Shown piece by piece: positions 6,048-12,199 of a stretch of DNA of 14,871 nucleotides. The position numbers were made by a program, and so were the translations under genes. Numbering within the stretch: the stretch's first letter is position 1; every line of letters begins with the position of its first letter. Source of the stretch: Fibrobacteria bacterium (GTDB lineage: Bacteria > Fibrobacterota > Fibrobacteria > UBA11236); NCBI GenBank assembly GCA_043732185.1, contig JAYTHY010000031.1, forward strand, positions 1 to 14,871. The letters run 5' to 3'. A model generated the notes under the pieces. That model was not told the origin of the DNA. It searched no databases and saw nothing but the letters and a program-made list of their open reading frames with translations.

Positions 6048-8626
6048 TATTGCACCTGCTTTCTCTTAACCGCCTTCGGCATTTTACTTTGCGTCCACAG
6101 CACCTTGCCGCGAATATCAGTTGCTTTTTCACCCGCCTTGTTTCGATTGACAATCATCAACCGATCCCCGTCGAATTCTAATCGCTTGCCTTCCTTTTTA
6201 TATCTAGCAGAGGATTCGGGTATGATGTGAACTGAATTCTTCAAAAGATTTTCAAAGAGCCAGGGGCCGCCATTCTTCCCCGTAACTACGAGATCCATAT
6301 CTCCATCGCCGTCAAAATCAGCCAGTCCTAAGTCCGCTCCAGCACCAATATTCTCGTTGGACGAAATCACATGCTTGATCCAAGGGAAAGGTTTGCCCGG
6401 ATTAAGTTCGTACCAGACCAATAACAAATCGCCATCAGGCATGGGATCATTGTCGCCCTCGCATTTAAAACATTTTCCGCTGATTAAATCGGGAATTCCA
6501 TCGCTGTTCATGTCAGCGAAACCGAGTGCATGGGCCTGGGACCAAGACGCATCAATTACATGTTGATCGTAATTTCCATCGGCCAGTTGCTCCCACCACG
6601 ATATTCCCACTCGATGGGCCGAACTGGTGATGATGTCCATACGTCCATCTTTGTTGACGTCATAAGTAAAGATGCGGGCTGTATGTCCGTAGGCACCTCG
6701 CTCATTTCGGCCTAACCAATCCGGACCTTTAGGCAAAAGGGTGGGAAACCCCATTACCGGTGTACCGAATGGACGGTCATCCAATGCGCCCATTGCTGTT
6801 ACATGTTTAACCCAGGCACCGACAGGATCTACCGGAGCCTGATACCAGGCATTTGGCCGAATGAGATCAGGTCTTCCATCGCCATTTAGATCCCCCACGC
6901 CTGCACCCAAATCGCAAAGGTCAGTGGCAATAGTATGCGAAGTCCAGACGCCTGCTTTAACATCCCACCATCGCACCGAGGCCAGTTCACCCGAAGAAAG
7001 TATTTCACGGTTTTTTCCGTCTTTGTCGACATCCCAAAGTCCACCCGTTTCATAATTCCCGGCGCTATCTACAGTAGTCGCCACCCAATTTCCTGTCTCA
7101 ACACTAGGATTTTTATACCAGATGAGTCCGGCTTGTCTACTTCCAGCTACCAAATCCATTCGTCCATCTTCATCCACATCCAAAGCGGACAACGCTCCGT
7201 CCTGTTTTTTGGACCCATAACCCTGTGCATCAATAACTCCATCCATGGTTCGAAACCTGTGTTTGGTCCAAAGCGGATTTTGGTACCAATAATCTCCCGC
7301 GGCAATATCCATCTTGCCATCATGGTTAAAGTCGCCGAACGTGGCGGCCTGGCTGGGTAAGGAGTCAATGTGCCATTTCCTCCAAGTGAGGGTGCTGCCC
7401 GCCCCGGGCCCTTCATCTACCTTTGTCAATTGTCCAAGCCTGTTGGTAAATAGCCATGGCCCGCCGCCTTGACCATCCGTATTTAGCCCAATCACTGCAA
7501 TGTCGCTGTCTCCATCCTTATCATAATCCCCAATAGCTATTTGGGTACCCGCAGTGATACCTTCTCCGTGGGTGATAAAATGTCGCTTCCAATAGGGAGC
7601 GACGCCCTTAGTGAATTCGTACCAAACGACGTATAATGGAGTTTCCGTAAAAGGATCCTCATCTTTACCATGCCCGCGCCAGCGTTTTGCCGTAACCAAA
7701 TCAAGGTCGCCGTCTCGATCCATGTCCGCTTGATGTAGGGTATGCATGATGCTGAGCTCCCCATCTATGACATGCTCTTTGAAGGTTATGATAGATCCCT
7801 TTCGAACTTGTTCATACCACATCAAGCCCATCCGATGGGCTGAGCTGGCAATGAGGTCGTTGAGGCCGTCCCCATTTACATCCTGAACAAAAATCTCCAC
7901 AGTGTGTCCATGCTGCCCGATACTATTGCGGATTTCATGAATGCGCTCCACAAATGTCAAAGGTTGGACTTGCACGGTTGGTTGATTCTCAATCGCACCA
8001 ATTGCGATGGGATGTTCGATCCATTTTCCATTACGGGGATCAGCAGGGGCTTCAATCCACGCATCGGGCCGAATAATGTCGGGACGGCCATCGCCGTTGA
8101 CGTCACCGACACCAGCACCCCAGTTGTGTGGCACAGTAGACACAGTATGAGTTACCCACTTCCCACCCGTAAACTCTGCCCAAATAGATGGGCCGTCAAC
8201 TAGGTCCGTAACCAATTCACGCGCTTTTCCATCGCCGTCGACATCCCAAAGTTGCCCGCTATGCGCACCTAATCCGCCCAAATCGGAAATAACCCACATA
8301 CCTGTAGTCAAATGATTATTACGATACCAGACTCCGGGACCTTCATTGGCTTCAATCAGATCGGTCCAGCCATCCCCATCTACATCCATCGCCAAAAGCA
8401 TGTCGTCATGACCATTTAATCGATAAACATGTTTTACCCAGTTAGGCGCCTCGTACCAGGTATCTGCACAAGCCAGATCTAAAACCCCATCCTTATTAAA
8501 GTCTCCGAATGTACAGGCATCATTGGAATTGTTATCAAGCTTCCGCTTATCCCAAGCCATGCTGGTTTGGGCTGTAATCGATGTCCACATGCACATCGAA
8601 ATAGTTAGACTGATTAAAAATCGCAT
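6047..8626 (-). CDS. Secreted FG-GAP/VCBS-repeat protein made of two tandem ~7-bladed beta-propellers
   Basis: Fourteen Dx(N/D)xDGxxD-type Ca-binding repeats (e.g. GDFNKDGVLDL, GDVNGDGRPDI, ADFDGDGDMDL). Signal peptide ends SITA|Q. GGAGG RBS at 8635-8631. Basic tail with DIRGK. Confidence 0.88.
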   Translation of the reverse strand: MRFLISLTISMCMWTSITAQTSMAWDKRKLDNNSNDACTFGDFNKDGVLDLACADTWYEAPNWVKHVYRLNGHDDMLLAMDVDGDGWTDLIEANEGPGVWYRNNHLTTGMWVISDLGGLGAHSGQLWDVDGDGKARELVTDLVDGPSIWAEFTGGKWVTHTVSTVPHNWGAGVGDVNGDGRPDIIRPDAWIEAPADPRNGKWIEHPIAIGAIENQPTVQVQPLTFVERIHEIRNSIGQHGHTVEIFVQDVNGDGLNDLIASSAHRMGLMWYEQVRKGSIITFKEHVIDGELSIMHTLHQADMDRDGDLDLVTAKRWRGHGKDEDPFTETPLYVVWYEFTKGVAPYWKRHFITHGEGITAGTQIAIGDYDKDGDSDIAVIGLNTDGQGGGPWLFTNRLGQLTKVDEGPGAGSTLTWRKWHIDSLPSQAATFGDFNHDGKMDIAAGDYWYQNPLWTKHRFRTMDGVIDAQGYGSKKQDGALSALDVDEDGRMDLVAGSRQAGLIWYKNPSVETGNWVATTVDSAGNYETGGLWDVDKDGKNREILSSGELASVRWWDVKAGVWTSHTIATDLCDLGAGVGDLNGDGRPDLIRPNAWYQAPVDPVGAWVKHVTAMGALDDRPFGTPVMGFPTLLPKGPDWLGRNERGAYGHTARIFTYDVNKDGRMDIITSSAHRVGISWWEQLADGNYDQHVIDASWSQAHALGFADMNSDGIPDLISGKCFKCEGDNDPMPDGDLLLVWYELNPGKPFPWIKHVISSNENIGAGADLGLADFDGDGDMDLVVTGKNGGPWLFENLLKNSVHIIPESSARYKKEGKRLEFDGDRLMIVNRNKAGEKATDIRGKVLWTQSKMPKAVKRKQVQ
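6248..8554 (-). repeat. Intragenic tandem domain duplication: unit 1 8554-7442 (aa 25-395), unit 2 7384-6248 (aa 415-793)
   Basis: Collinear matches: TFGDFNKDG/TFGDFNHDG, LWDVDGDGKARE/LWDVDKDGKNRE, GAGVGDVNGDGRPDIIRPDAW/GAGVGDLNGDGRPDLIRPNAW, SSAHRMG/SSAHRVG, GGPWLFTN/GGPWLFEN. Confidence 0.92.
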
Positions 8627-8675
8627 TCAACCTCCATGGCAGCGCAAAAGCGATGCCGCAATAAAGTAGTGTCCG

Positions 8676-10358
8676 TTAGTGCAAAGAAATAATTGTGGAA
8701 TTTTCCTTCTGCGTGGCATACTCCATCCGAATCCAAGATTCCGGCAGCACACGATGGTAAAAACGCACTTCATCCAAAACACCCCGCAAGTTTGATTGGT
8801 TCTGAATTTCGCTGCCAAAATGAACCCCGCCAGCAGCCTGGATGTTCATGGGAGGCAACGAATTGACAACCACAAATTCACCATTGATATAACTGGAAAG
8901 CGTTTGTTTGGCGGCATCATATACTGTGGCCACGTGTACCCATTTGCCTACATAGGGCGCCAGATTGAAAGTGTTCTGGTGCATAGAGGCCACGTCAACA
9001 CCGGAGACAGGAGAGAGGTCCCAAGGCCCGAACTGAGTCATAGTGTCCATTTTGACAAGAAAGTGAAAACCCAAATTTGTTTCTTGTTGACCAAAGTAAA
9101 GCACCCCTGTCCGCATGGGAGCCACTTGATAATTCATCCAAAAGGTAACTGTGAAGCTGGAATTTCCTGCCATGTCTGCGGCAAGGGGCGCGACCAGCTG
9201 TCCGCCCACATCGACAAATTGTTTGCCCATCCCAGCCACCGCCGGTACTTGACTTAACGTATTCGGTGCTGAAGCAGTTGCATGATTTGCATTGACTGTC
9301 GCGTCACGATAACCGCCTGCCAATAAGGTGGACTCTTCGGAAAAATGCCAGACAGACGAAAACCCTTGCGCCGTGTCGAATACCTGGCCACTTTTGGAAA
9401 TGTCCACGGCGTCTATGCGGCCCCAATGCATGGTGACCGAGGTGTCCACCGTACGTCTTGGAAGGGTATCGACAAGCACCCAAATAGTGGCCGATTTTCC
9501 AGGCACGTCCCAGCGTTCTATTTGATGCGGCAAACGGGTTCCATCTTCCCGGGTAAATCGAATATCCTCACCGCTTCCACGTGTTTGGGAAAAATCAAAG
9601 TTCTGAGAATTTAATCGCACCAATAACGGATAATGATCCACGGCATCAACCAATGGCCCAACTATCCCCGAAGGATCCAATTTTATTCGTGTGGAATACT
9701 GCCAGTCTTGCAGAGGCGTTAATTTGGTTGCGACGCCAGCGCCAATATGGAAATTATTACTGATAGAAATTGGGCCGCCATTCGGAAGGTCCGGCGACAT
9801 GACCAACATTTTTGTGTAGAGACCGGCGGATAGATTTTCCAAAACCAAGTTCCCTTGCATATTCACTTTGGAAGTGGTAAAGGTATGATAAGTAGTACCC
9901 GGGACATAGGCTTGTGCGTTTTCCGGTAAATAACGATCGGTAAAAGGAATCTCCAAGGAGCCGGAAATTTTGACAATCCCATCCGCGGATAGAGGTGGCA
10001 ATCCGCTATCGATCGGAATACCTTGAATTAATAATTGCAGTTGGCGCACCGTGTCCCGGGCTTCCAAATTGTAAACCCCACCCGCAATGCCGCTAAAACG
10101 ATAGTGCCCAAGCTTATCGGTTGTGGTGCGCTGAAGCGGCCGTGAATCCTTGCCAGGAATAGGATTGTAGGTTTCCGGTAATAAAATTACCGAGGCAGAA
10201 ACCACCGGCCGGCCACCTTCATCCTTGATGTTACCTGCCAGGCCATTGGTTGTTTCCGAACCGCCAGTTGATCCTCCCACGAACTCACAGCCATTGCCAA
10301 ACAGTGCCATGAGTAGTGTCACTAGGCCAAGCAGCAAACCTATGTTTCTGATTTTCAT
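8676..10358 (-). CDS. Putative lipoprotein: carboxypeptidase-regulatory-like/prealbumin-fold domain + DUF2341 + LamG (ConA-like lectin) domain
   Basis: Hydrophobic signal ending in Cys24 (non-canonical lipobox GNGC), then a GGSTGGSETTNG linker. Motifs: GNIKDEGGRPV...TTTDKLGHYRF; YPLLVRLNSQNFDFSQ..GEDIRF...IERWD..ATIWV (DUF2341); FSSVWHF, WVHVATVYD..YING, GVLDEVRF...WIRMEYATQK (LamG). ATGA overlap with the upstream gene. Confidence 0.85.
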   Translation of the reverse strand: MKIRNIGLLLGLVTLLMALFGNGCEFVGGSTGGSETTNGLAGNIKDEGGRPVVSASVILLPETYNPIPGKDSRPLQRTTTDKLGHYRFSGIAGGVYNLEARDTVRQLQLLIQGIPIDSGLPPLSADGIVKISGSLEIPFTDRYLPENAQAYVPGTTYHTFTTSKVNMQGNLVLENLSAGLYTKMLVMSPDLPNGGPISISNNFHIGAGVATKLTPLQDWQYSTRIKLDPSGIVGPLVDAVDHYPLLVRLNSQNFDFSQTRGSGEDIRFTREDGTRLPHQIERWDVPGKSATIWVLVDTLPRRTVDTSVTMHWGRIDAVDISKSGQVFDTAQGFSSVWHFSEESTLLAGGYRDATVNANHATASAPNTLSQVPAVAGMGKQFVDVGGQLVAPLAADMAGNSSFTVTFWMNYQVAPMRTGVLYFGQQETNLGFHFLVKMDTMTQFGPWDLSPVSGVDVASMHQNTFNLAPYVGKWVHVATVYDAAKQTLSSYINGEFVVVNSLPPMNIQAAGGVHFGSEIQNQSNLRGVLDEVRFYHRVLPESWIRMEYATQKENSTIISLH

Positions 10359-11194
10359 GGCTTCCCTTTTTCAATTTGAGTCAAAGGAAAAACCTGAATA
10401 TTAACTTGGTAGACAGAATCCGGATCGTCTCCTTCAGAATGCAAATGCAAAAGCGATTGACGCAATTCCTTTATCCGCGCCCGAACTTCCTCAATATTTT
10501 TGGAAGAGAGCGTCATGGTGACGGTGGAAATATCCCGCAATTCCTTGGAATGGCGCGTCAAGGATTCTCGCGCTAAGTTTAAACATTCTTCCTGGAAGTT
10601 GCGAATGGCCACCGATTGCCATTTCTCACCCGTCGTGATGCGCGCGTCCTGCACCGCATATTTGCCATTTTCCTGCTTGAGGATAAAGCCCAAGTCTTCC
10701 AACAAATGTATAGACTCCTTGGCCTCTTTAACCGAAATCGGCGGACTCATTTTGGCAGCTAAAGCTTTAAAGTCTCCCTTGAATTCATGGAAAAGCAGCA
10801 GACTGTGGATAGCGGAATGGTACCATTTTTGATAAAAAGAATACTGGGCTATTTCCACCTTCCTGGGTTCGAGATCCCGGATGCCTATGAGGCGTTCGAA
10901 GTGGAGTTTGATATCCTTAGGTGTCTTGGCACGCCCATAAAGCACCAGTTCCCGAAAGTATTCGACTTCGCGACCTTCAAAACCACAAATCTTGATAAGC
11001 GGGCCAATGCATTTTTCGGGTAAGGCCAGCTTGCCTTGCATCACTTTTACCAAGAAACCAGCATCCAGGTTCAATGCTTTACCTAGATAGCGATAGGAAA
11101 AAAAGATGTTATGAATTTTCCGATGGTCGTAGAAATCCTTTAAAAACGTACTGTAATTTAGATACTCAAAAACATTCGGTGTCATGCTGTTCAT
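10355..11194 (-). CDS. TIGR02147 family protein (N-terminal HTH-like region, C-terminal DUF4423), putative DNA-binding regulator
   Basis: VFEYLNY..FLKDFY..RK....FSYRYL, FLVKVMQGK, FY.KWYHSAI, PPISVKEAKESI.LLE.LGFI, RDISTVTM and VYQVNIQVFPL are the signatures of the Fibrobacter paralogous family TIGR02147. The true start may be the second ATG at 11185. Confidence 0.9.
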   Translation of the reverse strand: MNSMTPNVFEYLNYSTFLKDFYDHRKIHNIFFSYRYLGKALNLDAGFLVKVMQGKLALPEKCIGPLIKICGFEGREVEYFRELVLYGRAKTPKDIKLHFERLIGIRDLEPRKVEIAQYSFYQKWYHSAIHSLLLFHEFKGDFKALAAKMSPPISVKEAKESIHLLEDLGFILKQENGKYAVQDARITTGEKWQSVAIRNFQEECLNLARESLTRHSKELRDISTVTMTLSSKNIEEVRARIKELRQSLLHLHSEGDDPDSVYQVNIQVFPLTQIEKGKP

Positions 11195-11309
11195 GGCATG
11201 ACACGATCTTGTGAATTTGAAGTAAATATCAACAGCATGAACCGGAGCCCCAATTTTTGTTCAATATAAACCCAATTATTTAACCGATGGGGTGCTAGGT
11301 TGAGAAAAC

Positions 11310-11330
11310 TGTTGATTTTAAATGTCAACA
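11310..11330. promoter_or_regulatory. Palindrome TGTTGA-N9-TCAACA, candidate operator upstream of the operon
   Basis: Perfect 6-bp arms. On the minus strand one arm forms TTGACA (11328-11323), but I see no good -10 at 16-18 nt. Confidence 0.35.
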
Positions 11331-11385
11331 CGCTAAAGGTTCAAATTTGACCTCGATTTTTCGGAACGTACACTACTTGAACGGC

Positions 11386-11676
11386 TTATTTCGTGGGGGT
11401 TGGTTTTGATTGTTCCAGAATCAAGAAGGTGATTCCTCCTCCCACCACCGCCAGTCCTAAGCCCCAATACACCCAAGGGCGATAAGAAATATCAACACCC
11501 ACCTGGCCTGCATTTGTGTATGTGACGGAGTCCCGGCCCAAATCGTTGGCAAGATCTAAATCCGGGGCGCGAATCGACGCAGGCACATATTTTGGTAAAG
11601 GAGTCGCTTCTGTCCAGCTTAAATTTGGCCAGAAAAGCAGTACGAGAAAAAAAGACAAAACTTTAGACGGAGTCAT
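11386..11676 (-). CDS. Small exported/membrane hypothetical protein (N-terminal signal, C-terminal TM helix)
   Basis: AAAGGAG RBS just upstream of the ATG. Hydrophobic N-terminus VLSFFLVLLFW. C-terminal WVYWGLGLAVVGGGITFLIL. Has its own promoter. Confidence 0.75.
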   Translation of the reverse strand: MTPSKVLSFFLVLLFWPNLSWTEATPLPKYVPASIRAPDLDLANDLGRDSVTYTNAGQVGVDISYRPWVYWGLGLAVVGGGITFLILEQSKPTPTK

Positions 11677-11718
11677 GGGCTCCTTTCACCCACCCGCATG
11701 GAAAGCGGAGCACCTTAG

Positions 11719-11748
11719 ATTATAAGGGTTGGCAGGATAAAATTGCAA
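11719..11748 (-). promoter_or_regulatory. sigma70-type promoter for the 96-aa gene
   Basis: Minus strand TTGCAA (11748-11743), 18 nt, TATAAT (11724-11719), about 40 nt before the ATG. Confidence 0.6.
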
Positions 11749-11783
11749 GCCTTCCCCCCTCATTAGAGGCACCCGACCGGGTT

Positions 11784-12113
11784 CTACCAGCTGATAAACT
11801 GCTTTACAGCCTTAAAGCCATTCATCTTTGCCTGGCTCTGAAACCAGTCGGAGGAATTTTCTGCATGGATTGAGGGATCGAATTTAAGATCATGGTTTTC
11901 ATAGTCGATATAGTGCAATCCAAAAAGCGTTTGGGTTGTCATGATTTTCTTGATTCCATTGACTTTTCCCAAGAGTGCAAAAATATGCGTTCCGTGTCGT
12001 GTAGGTAGAACGGCAAAATTACCTTTCAAGAGTTTATGGCGAAATCGCAATTCAACCGCTTTGAAATCAACATGTTCATTCAATTTATCTAAACCGATTC
12101 CTGCCAAACTCAT
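11784..12113 (-). CDS. Hypothetical protein, 109 aa
   Basis: Strong RBS AAAGGAGG(T) 6-7 nt before the ATG. Fills the gap co-directionally. No recognised domain. Confidence 0.75.
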   Translation of the reverse strand: MSLAGIGLDKLNEHVDFKAVELRFRHKLLKGNFAVLPTRHGTHIFALLGKVNGIKKIMTTQTLFGLHYIDYENHDLKFDPSIHAENSSDWFQSQAKMNGFKAVKQFISW

Positions 12114-12199
12114 GTAAGTACCTCCTTTAATTTAAACCTTTTGAATACCGCTATCAAGCCGGATGGATGAGAACTGGAACGCAGCTTGGAATTCAGCAG

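Noticed and set aside
6047..8626. CRISPR or DNA tandem-repeat interpretation of recurring GCCGTC/CCATC-like motifs
   Set aside because: These are codons of FG-GAP DxDGD repeats; there is no fixed-length repeat-spacer structure.
8627..8818. 63-aa minus-strand ORF bridging the lipoprotein and FG-GAP genes
   Set aside because: Mostly overlaps the lipoprotein 3' end out of frame, with no RBS or motif.
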